This document shows positions 1-9,564 of a DNA stretch of 64,000 nucleotides, in pieces. The notes below the pieces were generated by a model, which searched no databases, was not told where the DNA came from, and saw nothing but the letters and a program-made list of their open reading frames with translations. Within the stretch, counting starts at the first letter, position 1. Each line of letters opens with the position of its first letter. A program made the position numbers and the translations under genes. The stretch spans positions 128,001 to 192,000 of the forward strand of contig JBBTCT010000002.1 in assembly GCA_038060895.1 (NCBI GenBank). The letters run 5' to 3'. The DNA is from Planctomycetota bacterium (GTDB taxonomy: Bacteria; Planctomycetota; MHYJ01; WSZJ01).

Positions 1-441
1 AACTCGCCGTCGCAGCTCATCGGGAAACGCGTCCCGCCGCGCGTCGTCCAGCGCACGGGAGCCGGCACGCGCTGCGCGGTTCTCGCTGCGCCCCGCGCGG
101 AGTCGCTCTGGCTTGCCTCGCTGGTGGTCGTTTCCGCGACGGCGCGCGCATTGAAAGGCCTCAACCCGGTGACTCTCGTCGTCTCCGGCGCGCCCGATGA
201 GGGCGAGGAAGATCGGGCTTGCGCTGCACTCCTGGAAGCATTGCTGACGGGGACGCCTCCGGACTTTGAGCAGGCCGTTCGCGAAGTCCGCTCGAGCCGA
301 GCCGCAGCGAATCACGCTGCGGGGGATACGGACCGGCCGCTCGAAGACATCGCGGCCGCTGTCGACACGGATCGATTCCCCTTTGCCATGCGTGCGACGC
401 TTGCCGATCGTCGGCTGAGCGCGACCTGTGTCCAGGCCTGA
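1..441 (+). CDS. 2-phosphosulfolactate phosphatase (ComB) family protein, 5' end outside window
   Basis: Frame 1 is open from base 1 (NSPSQL...QRTGAGTRC...ASLVVVSATARAL...EEDRACA). This matches the ComB-type GNSP, TxxGT and EDxxCA motifs. Confidence 0.7.
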   Translation, partial: NSPSQLIGKRVPPRVVQRTGAGTRCAVLAAPRAESLWLASLVVVSATARALKGLNPVTLVVSGAPDEGEEDRACAALLEALLTGTPPDFEQAVREVRSSRAAANHAAGDTDRPLEDIAAAVDTDRFPFAMRATLADRRLSATCVQA

Positions 442-446
442 ACGGA

Positions 447-995
447 CTACGCTGCTGGAGCAGGCCGGTCCAGAACGTACCGCGCCCATCGGATGATGGC
501 CTGAACCATGAGCGCTTCGGGAACCCCCGCGAACCTGGTTCCGCCCTTCCGAAGAAATGACGCCTGATCGCTCGTCGTTCCGCTGCCTTTCTCGCCAGGG
601 AGTTTTCGCCGTGCAGACTCCTCGGCTTCCAGCAAGTCCCACAAGAAGGCGTTGTACGGGCGCGCCTCGAGCCACCGACGGGCCTTCACCAGGTCAGTTC
701 GAACGAGGTGGCCGAAGAAAGTTCGCAGGGACCTCAGCACATTTCGCGAATGCCCTGGGTACCGCTGCCAGAACCATGCCAGGATCCGTCCCCGGGCGCG
801 GTTCGCCGAGGCTTCGACAACCGAATTTGAACGCAGGGGCCGGACCGTGCCGAACATCCTTCGCGCCTTGATTTCGCTGTCAAGCGCGTCAAAGAGGCGT
901 GGGTCAAGGCCGTCCAGCGTAGCGCCGGCGGGGATCCAGAACATTTCTCGATGATATTCCGTCAGCGCCCGTTGCCGGCCCTCTTCGTTTCCCAC
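447..995 (-). CDS. hypothetical protein
   Basis: Protein-like composition in the 3' part of ORF 447..1256. Start uncertain (GTG 995 or ATG 944); the upstream part overlaps the ATPase gene. Confidence 0.4.
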   Translation of the reverse strand: MGNEEGRQRALTEYHREMFWIPAGATLDGLDPRLFDALDSEIKARRMFGTVRPLRSNSVVEASANRARGRILAWFWQRYPGHSRNVLRSLRTFFGHLVRTDLVKARRWLEARPYNAFLWDLLEAEESARRKLPGEKGSGTTSDQASFLRKGGTRFAGVPEALMVQAIIRWARYVLDRPAPAA

Positions 996-2218
996 AGTGC
1001 GCTCACCGGAACCGCGTACAGATTCGGCCCAAAGGGGAGGATCGTTTCGCCAGCGTAAAGCACGATGCCGCGCACGAACTTCTTGCCCGCCGCTTCGGCA
1101 AGCTGGCGGAGTCCGCGGAAGTCGTCGGATCTTGGCGAAGCCGTCTTCTTGACCTCGATGCCGACGACGCGGCCGCGCGCGTCCTCGAGAACGAGGTCGA
1201 CTTCGTGCTGCTTCGGGGTGCGGAAGTGGAAAATCGAGGAGCGCGCGCGGCTCCACGAGATCTGCTTGAGGAGTTCGGTGGCTACGAAGGTTTCGAGCAC
1301 GGCGCCGGACATCAGTTCGTCGTTCCGGAGTCGGTCCGCGTCGAGGTTCAACAGGTTGCAGAGGAGGCCTGAATCGAACAGCAGGACTTTGGGAGCCTTC
1401 GTGAGGCGCGAAGTGAGATTTCCGCTCCAGGCCGGGATCGTCGTCGCGAAGAAAATGGCATTCAACAGGGCCATGTATCGCTGGAGGCTGGTCAAGGGGA
1501 GTCCTGCATCGCGCGCGAGGTCGGAGACGTTCAGGACGCAGGCGCTGCGCGCGGCGATGAGCTTGAAGAGCCGCGGCAGTTCGCGCAGGGCATGGATGTT
1601 GGCGATATCCCGGACGTCGCGCTCGAGGATGGACGTCACGTACGAATTGAACCAGGCCCGCCGCCGCGAGGCGTCAGACCGGGACACAGCGTCTGGAAAT
1701 CCGCCCCGGACGATGCGCTCGACGAGCGATGGCCAGCCTGAACCGGGGATCCGGCCAACCGTGAAATCTCCCGAGAAGCAGGCGTCGACAAACCCCTCTT
1801 CCGTGCCGTGGAGTTCCCCCTGTGACAGCGGGTAGAGGTTCAGGATCTCCATGCGCCCCGCCAGCGACTCAGACACCTTTGGAAGCAGGAGCGCGTTCGC
1901 CGATCCCGTGAGCAGGAACCTTCCCGGCGACCGGCGCCGGTCGATGCTGCGCTTCAGCGACCGGAAGAGGTCCGGCGCCCGCTGCACTTCATCGAGGATG
2001 ACGCGTTCTGGAAGACCGTCGACGAATGCGTCGCCGTCCCTGGTCGCAGAAGCGAGATCGGCGGCGTCGTCGAGCGTGATGTAAGCCGCGTCGAATCCCT
2101 GGCCGCGAAGGCTCTGGACGAGGGTGGACTTGCCGGACTGACGGGGCCCCTGGAGGAACACGGCGGGGGTATCCGCGAGGGCGGCGAGGATCTGCGAAGT
2201 GATGTGACGTCCGTGCAT
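962..2218 (-). CDS. AAA_14 ATPase with DUF4143 and C-terminal PD-(D/E)XK-like domain
   Basis: Walker A GPRQSGKST, Walker B ILDEVQR, LLTGSA, KAPKVLLFDSGL, EVDLVLE...IEVKK. Start MHGRH at 2218. Confidence 0.9.
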   Translation of the reverse strand: MHGRHITSQILAALADTPAVFLQGPRQSGKSTLVQSLRGQGFDAAYITLDDAADLASATRDGDAFVDGLPERVILDEVQRAPDLFRSLKRSIDRRRSPGRFLLTGSANALLLPKVSESLAGRMEILNLYPLSQGELHGTEEGFVDACFSGDFTVGRIPGSGWPSLVERIVRGGFPDAVSRSDASRRRAWFNSYVTSILERDVRDIANIHALRELPRLFKLIAARSACVLNVSDLARDAGLPLTSLQRYMALLNAIFFATTIPAWSGNLTSRLTKAPKVLLFDSGLLCNLLNLDADRLRNDELMSGAVLETFVATELLKQISWSRARSSIFHFRTPKQHEVDLVLEDARGRVVGIEVKKTASPRSDDFRGLRQLAEAAGKKFVRGIVLYAGETILPFGPNLYAVPVSALWETKRAGNGR

Positions 2219-2238
2219 GGGTATATTTAACCCACCGA

Positions 2239-2279
2239 GTGGGTGAAAAACAACCATAAAGTGGTTCAAATTCACCCAC
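2239..2279. promoter_or_regulatory. nested inverted repeat (putative operator) in divergent promoter region
   Basis: GTGGGTGAA-aaac-AACCA-taaag-TGGTT-caaa-TTCACCCAC in an AT-rich gap, about 20 bp upstream of the ATPase start. Confidence 0.5.
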
Positions 2280-2372
2280 AAACCGCTCCCGGCCGGCGTC
2301 ACCCGGACGTCCGCGGCAAACTGCACTGCTTTCTGGATAAGATGGCTGTCGATCTCTCTTCCGGAGTTCCCG

Positions 2373-3656
2373 ATGCCCCGCGCCGCCGCTGTTCTCGCCC
2401 TGGCCCTCGCCCTCCTCCCCCGCCCCGCCTCCGCCCAGGCCGACGAAGCCCTCCAGAAACAGATCAACACCGCGATCGACAAAGGCGTGGAGTACCTCAA
2501 GGGCCTGCCGCTCAAGGACGGCGAAAACAAGGGAAGCTGGCCCGACGGCACGAACCCGATGTACGGAGGTGGGAACGCGATGGCGTCGGGCAAGATGTAC
2601 CTCGCGACGACGGCGCTGTCGCTGCTGACGCTTCTCAAGTGCGGCGTTGACCCGGAAGAAGACTGCATCAAGGGCGGTCTCGCCTGGCTCGACAAGGTGC
2701 TGCCGAAGGAGTACGGCGAAACGAAGAAGGGCCGGCCGGATCCGTCGATCATGGGGCAGACGTACCACGCGGGGATCCTGCTCATGATGTACGAGGCGCT
2801 CTACACCGCGCGCGGCGACAAGCAGATGAAGGCGGACGGGAAGGACCCGGCGAAGGACGTGCGACCGGCGCTGAAACCCGACGCGAAGGATCTTGCGGTG
2901 ATCACGCGGATCGTGAAGTGGCTGAAGGACACGCAGTCGCGCAAGGGCGCGTGGCGCTACGGCTCGCCGGTCTGGGATTCGCCGGGCGGGATCGAGGAAG
3001 ACCCGAGCGCTTCACAGGTCGTACTTCTCGGCCTCTCGAGCGCCGGCCGGCTTGGCGTGGAGGCGGGCGACGACGTCTGGAAGCAGGCGGCGGGGTGGTT
3101 CCTGGAGGCGCAGGAAAAGAACGGCCCGGCGGTGAAGGGCAAGGCGGCCGGTGCCGTCGGCGGGACCTACTCGGTGCGCGACGGCGACCGCGCGCGCGGC
3201 TGGCCGTACCTCCGCCGCAGCGCCGACAAGAAAGAGGAGAAGGCCATCGGCAGCATGACCGCCTGCGGCATCGGCTCGCTCGTCCTCTGCAAGGGCGCCC
3301 TCGCCAAATCAAAGACGTGGGGCAAGAACCAGGTCGCCGCCGTCGACCGCGGCATCTACGACGGCCTCGCCTGGATCGACCTCCACTACACCGTCGCCAG
3401 CAACCCCGAAGGCTGGCGCAGCCACTACTACTACCTCTACGGCGTCGAGCGCCTCGGCACCCTCGGCAACTTCGAAAAAATCGGCGACCACCCCTGGTAC
3501 GTCGACGGCGCAAAGCTCCTCGTCGCCGCGCAGGCCGCCAACGGCTCGTGGAACAACCACGACGAGATCGAGCCGTGCGACGTTATGGACACGTGCTTCG
3601 CGCTGCTGTTCCTGAAGCGGGCTACGGTGCCGGTCGGGGTGACGTTGACGCGATGA
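2373..3656 (+). CDS. exported prenyltransferase/squalene-oxidase-repeat (alpha-alpha barrel) protein
   Basis: Signal peptide (ASA-QA), AIDKGVEYL, QxxxGxW repeats (TQSRKGAW, QAANGSW), YYYLYGVER, DTCFALLFL. Confidence 0.8.
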   Translation: MPRAAAVLALALALLPRPASAQADEALQKQINTAIDKGVEYLKGLPLKDGENKGSWPDGTNPMYGGGNAMASGKMYLATTALSLLTLLKCGVDPEEDCIKGGLAWLDKVLPKEYGETKKGRPDPSIMGQTYHAGILLMMYEALYTARGDKQMKADGKDPAKDVRPALKPDAKDLAVITRIVKWLKDTQSRKGAWRYGSPVWDSPGGIEEDPSASQVVLLGLSSAGRLGVEAGDDVWKQAAGWFLEAQEKNGPAVKGKAAGAVGGTYSVRDGDRARGWPYLRRSADKKEEKAIGSMTACGIGSLVLCKGALAKSKTWGKNQVAAVDRGIYDGLAWIDLHYTVASNPEGWRSHYYYLYGVERLGTLGNFEKIGDHPWYVDGAKLLVAAQAANGSWNNHDEIEPCDVMDTCFALLFLKRATVPVGVTLTR

Positions 3657-4270
3657 GCGATGATTATTGCGACCCGCTCTCCCATCTGCCGATACCGAAT
3701 CTGGACCCGGGCACCCTCCGGCAATTCTCTCGTGAGATGGCCAGGCAACTGATTGCCACGGAACGCAATCGTCGCGCCCGCCTTCGCGAGGAACGACTGC
3801 GCGGGCCCGCACCGAAGCCCGATCACCCGAAGGGTTCGATTGAGTCGGCCATCCAGGACGAGCTGGAACGGCTGACGGATGAAAACGCGCACGAGGTTCG
3901 GGCGAGATTGAAGGACCTGCACCGGAGTCAAAATGAAGAGCCGGGGAGCGAACGCGTGATGAGCGGCGACACGGACGACTGGACTCAGACAGTCGGTCGA
4001 CTCGGAACAGCAGCCTGGTATCAGGCCTTGAAGCAGGATGAACACGTCGCGCGACAATGGGAGTCGGCCTACTGGAACCTGATGCCGCCGGGGGTCCGGG
4101 AGACCATGGAGAAGGTCGAATCGATACCAACGGACTGGCACGTCGGGCCGGTCGGAATGCTGATGCTGACCCGCGCAGCTCTGGCTGATCCGAATGTGCA
4201 GGATCTGTACGTGAGGATTCGCGAAATCGTCGCGAGGTCCAGCGCGCGAGAACGGAAGGATATGGTATAG
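3653..4270 (+). CDS. hypothetical protein
   Basis: ATGA overlap with the upstream stop (MSDDYCDP...); a diverged internal copy of it lies at 6351..6470. Confidence 0.6.
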   Translation: MSDDYCDPLSHLPIPNLDPGTLRQFSREMARQLIATERNRRARLREERLRGPAPKPDHPKGSIESAIQDELERLTDENAHEVRARLKDLHRSQNEEPGSERVMSGDTDDWTQTVGRLGTAAWYQALKQDEHVARQWESAYWNLMPPGVRETMEKVESIPTDWHVGPVGMLMLTRAALADPNVQDLYVRIREIVARSSARERKDMV

Positions 4271-4484
4271 CGACCTTCTCGCCTCCGAACCTGTTCGCGC
4301 TTGACGTGAGCCCGTCAACAGGCCCAGAGTGGCCGTTCTTGAATCGCTTCGACCGCGCATTGCCCGCCGACCTGCCCGGATCGACCCTCGGGGGGAGATC
4401 CCGGCAAGTCCAGGGCGCAAACCGCCCCGCCGGCTGCGCTGAGGGCGGTTCTGAAGTTCGTCAGAGGAGTGGCGAGACAGGGCT

Positions 4485-5765
4485 ATGAGAAAACTCGCTC
4501 TCCTGGCGTTGCTGGCGTGCGCGGTACTTCCTGCTCGCGCCGACCCGCGCGAGGACCTTGCCGGAGACTGGTGGGGCATGATCGCCGAACGGCGGTTGTC
4601 GCTCTCGGCGGACGGAACCCTGACGGAGTTCCGGCCGACGGACACGGAGGAGCGGAAGGGAACCTGGGAAATTGACGGCAACAAGATCTCGATTCAATTC
4701 GAAGGCGAGAAATCGAAGGACACATTCACTTTTGCCATCAAGAAGGACGACTTGACTCTCACTCAGGAGGACGGGCGAACGACGCGGCTCGTGAGGGAGG
4801 CGCGCGCGGACCGGGAGAACCGGTTGGGAGACAGGATCGTCGAGATGTTTCGAAAGGGTGAAGAAGCGGCGGAGGAGCCGGACCAATTCAAGCGAGAGCT
4901 GCTTCAGAAGGACGCCATGCGTTTGTTCGAGGACGCGGAGCCGCTGGCACGGTCCCTTTTCGGCGACAACCGCGAAAAGCAGCAGGAAGGGTGCGAACGC
5001 CTGGCCAGGACGAGGGACGCCGAACTCGTTTCGCGCATCAAGGGGGCTAAACCGGACCGGGCGAAAACGAACTGCAAGAACGCGCTGAAAAAGATCAGCA
5101 TTTACCTCGCGCTTTTCGAAGGCAAATTCAAACGGTATCCAAAGACCATCGACGAATTGAAGCGACCGAACTTTATCGAGGAAGAGTCCCTGTTGAACTG
5201 TCCTGCGGCTAAGGAGGGTGAGAAGCACCCCTTCATCTACGTCCCGCCAAACGGCGACGACGCTCCGGCGAATACGATCGTTGCGTACGATCCCGTCGCG
5301 CACGACGACGGACTGCGAAACGTCCTGACCTTTCAGGGCAGGGTTGTGACTCTGAATGAGGAGAACTTCAAGGCCGCCCTGGCGTCGAAGGGTAGCGTCG
5401 TGAGCGATGTCGGGCCGAGGGCTCGCGACGTCAAGGCGCGGCTCGCGGTCAGGAACGGCAAAGTCGTCGTGACGATCAACGCGAAGATCGACGGGCTGCG
5501 CGCCGGGAGCGTGGATGGCAAAGAGCGGGTCCATGCGCGGGTGACCATCCGCGCCCGCGTGCAGGAAGAGAAGCAGAACATTGAGTCGGGCGTGCGCGTG
5601 ATCTCAGGAGAGCCCGACACCGCCGGACATGCGATTCAGCTCACCGTGACACTTCCAACTTCGGACCCCGACCGCCTTGCTTCGCTTGTCCTGTGGATCG
5701 ACGACCGGGTCACCCACGAAGTCGAGGAAACGCAAATTGAGCTGGAGGCCGTCGAGAGGAAATAG
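4485..5765 (+). CDS. exported multidomain protein (lipocalin-like N-terminus plus DUF1559/H-X9-DG-like module)
   Basis: Signal peptide; LAGDW...GTWEIDG; CKNALKKI...YPKTIDEL...CP...AYDPVAHDDGLRNVLTFQGRV. Confidence 0.65.
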   Translation: MRKLALLALLACAVLPARADPREDLAGDWWGMIAERRLSLSADGTLTEFRPTDTEERKGTWEIDGNKISIQFEGEKSKDTFTFAIKKDDLTLTQEDGRTTRLVREARADRENRLGDRIVEMFRKGEEAAEEPDQFKRELLQKDAMRLFEDAEPLARSLFGDNREKQQEGCERLARTRDAELVSRIKGAKPDRAKTNCKNALKKISIYLALFEGKFKRYPKTIDELKRPNFIEEESLLNCPAAKEGEKHPFIYVPPNGDDAPANTIVAYDPVAHDDGLRNVLTFQGRVVTLNEENFKAALASKGSVVSDVGPRARDVKARLAVRNGKVVVTINAKIDGLRAGSVDGKERVHARVTIRARVQEEKQNIESGVRVISGEPDTAGHAIQLTVTLPTSDPDRLASLVLWIDDRVTHEVEETQIELEAVERK

Positions 5766-5852
5766 ACGGCGACGGCCTTGCGAAATCCGGGTCAGACACC
5801 GCATGACCGCAGATCACTGCGACAGAGCTGGACGGCGAGCGGGAATCGCCGC

Positions 5853-6338
5853 CTAGTCCGCGAACTTGAACGACTTCTCGTTCGCTTTCCACCACGCCTT
5901 CCAGGCGGGGGCGTCTTCGATCGCCTGTCCCGTGAGCGCCTTGAGCGCAAAATGGCATTCGTCGCGGATTTTCTCTCTTTCCTTCGAGTCGGCGCCGGCG
6001 CTCGCGGAGTTCCGGGTCAGCAGGTCGATCAGGTAGGGGATGTTCGACCGCTCCCGGATGCGACCCAGCGCCGCAATGCGGAACTCGGCCCCGCAGGTCT
6101 CGATGCCGTCCTTCAGAAGCGGAATGAGCGAGGCATCCGCTTTCGCCGCGACGAATCTCCACGCATAGGGGGCAAGCGGCGCCTGCGGGTTGCGCTTCAG
6201 CCAGCCCGCCAGCATCTCCTGGCCGAGTTTCTCATCGATTCCATGCGCTTCCTGAACGATGTACTCGCGCACCTTGAGGCTGCGCCCGTCCATGCCGCGC
6301 CCCAGCGCCGGGAACGACCTCGGGTCCTTCAGGGCCAC
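5853..6338 (-). pseudogene. HEAT-repeat protein C-terminal part, probably 5'-truncated
   Basis: ALGRIRERSNIPYLIDLL and ALKALTGQ...AWKAWWKAN are HEAT-type motifs. No signal peptide or RBS; abuts the duplicated fragment at 6351. Confidence 0.5.
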
Positions 6339-6350
6339 GACCTTCTTCGC

Positions 6351-6470
6351 GAGATGGAACGGCTGACGGATGAAAACGCGCGTGAGGTTCGGGCGAGATT
6401 AAAGGACTTGCACCGGAGTCAGGATGAAGCGCTGGAGAGCGAACGGGCGATGCTCGATGACTCGGACGAC
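6351..6470 (+). repeat. 120-bp diverged copy of 3860..3979 (gene fragment)
   Basis: Ungapped alignment, 103/120 identical by manual count; same peptide ExERLTDENAxEVRARLKDLHRSQ. Confidence 0.9.
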
Positions 6471-6498
6471 GGGGTGAATCCACAAACCGGGCCTCGAA

Positions 6499-7905
6499 CT
6501 ATTCTTCCGTTTCCAGCGGGAACTCAAGCGCCAGATCGCCGCCTTGAGGCTTCGGATTCCATGAGCGGTCCGAAGGTGATGCAGACCACAGGCCGTCTTC
6601 CCATGTCGAGAATACGATTCCTCGTCCAGCGGCCTGCTCGTGATCGACCCAGTCGCCGGTAAACGGATCGTGCGGCCAGTGTCGGTCCCACCCACGGTTC
6701 CAACCCCAACGGAGCTTTGCGGCCGACTGCACCAGCGCCAACCTCGCTTCAATTCTCATGAATCCGAGTCGGGTCTCAAGTGGCCCTCTGGAAATAGGCG
6801 CCGCGATCGGGTCGGACTCAGCGCGCAATTCGAGTTCTCTCCAACGACGGTCTGCCGGCATTGCGTCCAGCCGCGCTCGAAGCGCCGCCATGACGCCATC
6901 TTTCCATTCCGGGATCAAAGTGGGAGGCGGATCAGGGAACCGCACATTCCTTACAACATCCACGGAGAGTGCGGCCGCTCTTGCGATTGCGAGCCGCGCG
7001 CATCCGCCGTGCCGCCAATGCAACGGATTGACGGGCAATGCCGAGTACCAATTCGACTCCGCAGCTCGCCGCAGGTCGGAAAAGTACGCCAGCCTGGACC
7101 CTTCGAAGTCGCAGAAGTAGTAGGGGAAGTAGAAGTCGGCCCGGTTCAGGAGACTGTCGAGATCCCTCGCGGCTTCCGCGGAAAGGTCGGAAGCCTGGAC
7201 CAATCGCTTTCCGGTTTCGATGGCGCTACTGATCGCATCCGCCCCGGCGAGCGAATCCTGGTAGTAACCCACTGACGCGAGATCCCTGCCAATCTGCACT
7301 TGTACTCGAATCAAATCGAGGCAGGACTGGGTGTCCCCCTTTTCTTGGCTCAGCAGCGCAGCGGCGAAGAGAAGCCGTAGCCCGGTTCGCATGTTTCTCA
7401 ACCAAGGATGGTTTTCGTCGCTCCGGCCTCGCGAAGGGTTACTTCGATAGGTTGAGCTGTAACACTGGGCACCGCGCTGGAGAAGCTCCGTGATTTTCCA
7501 GCGTGATTCGACGAGGCCTGAAACAGCCTCGAGATCCACCTTCGTTTCTCTTTCCTGGTACACGTGTTCCAGGAGCTTCGTCTCCCGCTCCGGCATTGCT
7601 TCGATTTCCCTGCATGCCGTGCGGTAGAAATCCCAGGCGTGCTCTTCGCCTTCGTCGGCCGAACCTTGGCCCGGCCACGGGCCGTAGGTGTCGAACCAGC
7701 AGATGTCCCGGTCCAGATCGCGACAAAACCTGTTCCAGCGAACCGCGGAGTACACAGTGTTTCCGGTCAGGAAAGCGACGAAGACCGCGACCAGGCCCGA
7801 AACCACTCGCTTCCATCGCTTTGGACGACGCGGTGGGCCGGAGGCGGACTGATTCCGCGGTACGAATTGGGGAGAGTTCGACTCCAGTTTCGGATTTTCT
7901 TCCAT
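6499..7905 (-). CDS. membrane-anchored hypothetical protein
   Basis: Basic stretch plus one TM helix near the N-terminus; C-terminal PxDPFTG...FSTWEDG resembles pseudopilin-like tails of planctomycete proteins. Confidence 0.6.
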   Translation of the reverse strand: MEENPKLESNSPQFVPRNQSASGPPRRPKRWKRVVSGLVAVFVAFLTGNTVYSAVRWNRFCRDLDRDICWFDTYGPWPGQGSADEGEEHAWDFYRTACREIEAMPERETKLLEHVYQERETKVDLEAVSGLVESRWKITELLQRGAQCYSSTYRSNPSRGRSDENHPWLRNMRTGLRLLFAAALLSQEKGDTQSCLDLIRVQVQIGRDLASVGYYQDSLAGADAISSAIETGKRLVQASDLSAEAARDLDSLLNRADFYFPYYFCDFEGSRLAYFSDLRRAAESNWYSALPVNPLHWRHGGCARLAIARAAALSVDVVRNVRFPDPPPTLIPEWKDGVMAALRARLDAMPADRRWRELELRAESDPIAAPISRGPLETRLGFMRIEARLALVQSAAKLRWGWNRGWDRHWPHDPFTGDWVDHEQAAGRGIVFSTWEDGLWSASPSDRSWNPKPQGGDLALEFPLETEE

Positions 7906-8076
7906 CGACTTGCGAGCCTATCACGCGCGCGGCTTGCGTAAACGCGCAATCAGGTTTGTCCCGCGTCTGTTGCGAAATTCCGCCGAATTCGGCGTCGCCG
8001 TTCCGGAATCCACGCCCGAAACTTCGGACCCTCCGGGGTGTTCCAATACCGATCCCAATTTGCCCCGGAGGCCGCC

Positions 8077-9393
8077 GTGTTGCGTTCGACGCTGTTCCTG
8101 CTGCTCGCCGCTGTCGTCCCGGCCTTCGCGCAATCCGACCCGCCGCAGAAGACCAACATCGTCGTCATCGTCGCCGACGATCTCGGCTACGCCGAACTCG
8201 GCTGCCAGGGCTGCCCGGACATCGCGACGCCGAACATCGACTCGATCGCCCGGGACGGCGTGCGATTCACCGCGGGCTACGCGACCTGCGCTGTCTGCGC
8301 GCCGACGCGCGCGGCGCTCATGCTCGGCCGGTACCAGCAGCGATACGGGTTCGAGCACAACCCGGGCCCGCCTGGAAACTCCTCGCCGGTCTTCGGCCTG
8401 CCGGAGGGCGTGCCCACCCTCGCCGAACGCCTGCGCGACGCGGGCTACTCGACGGGGATGGTCGGGAAGTGGCACCTGGGGTACTCGAAGGGCACGCGCC
8501 CGCTCGACCGCGGATTCCAGGAATTCTTCGGCTTCCTCGCAGGCGCGCATGACTACGACCCGGAAAAACCGCAGAACGCCGACCCGCTGCGACGCGGCGA
8601 AGAGCCCGTGACCGAGAAGGAGTACCTGACGCGCGCGTTCTCACGCGAGGCCGCCGCGTTCATCAAGAAGCGCGCCGGGGAGCCCTTCTTCCTTTACATG
8701 ACCTTCAACGCCGTCCACGCCCCGATGCAGCCCGACCCCGCCTGCGCCGAGCGCGTCGCGGGAATCAAGAACGCCGACCGGCGCAAATTCGCCTCGATGC
8801 TCACCTCGCTCGACGACGCCGTCGGCGTCATCCTCGCCGCGCTGCGCGAGCACAAAGTCGAAGAGCGCACGCTCGTCTTTTTCATGAGCGACAACGGCGG
8901 GCCGACGCTTCAGACAACGTCGTCGAACACTCCCCTCTCCGGACAGAAAGGGATGGTCTACGAAGGCGGCATCCGCGTGCCGTACCTGGCGCGCTGGAAA
9001 GGACGGTTGCCCGCGGGCAAGGTCTACGACGAGCCCGTGAGCACGATGGACATCCACGCCACCGCGCTCGCCGCGGCGGGCGTGAAGCTACCCGAGGATC
9101 CCAACCTGGACGGCGCAAGCCTGCTCCCCTTCCTCGAGGGAAAGGCCGAGGGCCGCCCCCACGAGGCGCTCTTCTGGCGGATGGGCGCGCAGGCCGCCGC
9201 GCGCGTCGGAGACTGGAAGCTCGTGATGGAGAAGGGCGAGCCGGACGCGCTGTTCAACCTGAAGGAAGACATCGGCGAACGGGAAAACCTCGCCGTCGAG
9301 AACGCTGAAAAACTCAAAGAGCTTCGCGCGGCGTACGCCGAGTGGGAGAAAGGGACGATCGCCGCAAAGTGGAAGCGGGGGGCGGGGAAGTAA
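8077..9393 (+). CDS. formylglycine-dependent sulfatase (arylsulfatase A family), exported
   Basis: Signal peptide, IVADDLG, CAPTR signature, GKWHLG, SDNGG, YEGGIRVP. Confidence 0.95.
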   Translation: MLRSTLFLLLAAVVPAFAQSDPPQKTNIVVIVADDLGYAELGCQGCPDIATPNIDSIARDGVRFTAGYATCAVCAPTRAALMLGRYQQRYGFEHNPGPPGNSSPVFGLPEGVPTLAERLRDAGYSTGMVGKWHLGYSKGTRPLDRGFQEFFGFLAGAHDYDPEKPQNADPLRRGEEPVTEKEYLTRAFSREAAAFIKKRAGEPFFLYMTFNAVHAPMQPDPACAERVAGIKNADRRKFASMLTSLDDAVGVILAALREHKVEERTLVFFMSDNGGPTLQTTSSNTPLSGQKGMVYEGGIRVPYLARWKGRLPAGKVYDEPVSTMDIHATALAAAGVKLPEDPNLDGASLLPFLEGKAEGRPHEALFWRMGAQAAARVGDWKLVMEKGEPDALFNLKEDIGERENLAVENAEKLKELRAAYAEWEKGTIAAKWKRGAGK

Positions 9394-9564
9394 GCGCGGC
9401 CCTGATGGCCTGCATGAGCAAGATCGCTCGGCTGACCAGATGGGAACCTAGGTGAGCCTTAACTTTCCTGGTGTATCCCGGCTCCGACTGCTGGAGCAGA
9501 TTCGCTCGAGTCATGCAGTTCCCACCGCTTGCGCTGAGGATCCTCACCGACGCGATTGAAAGGC

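Noticed and set aside
9314-9547. small ORF as a fourth gene of the island
   Set aside because: It overlaps the sulfatase 3' end and has no recognisable motif; at most a relic.
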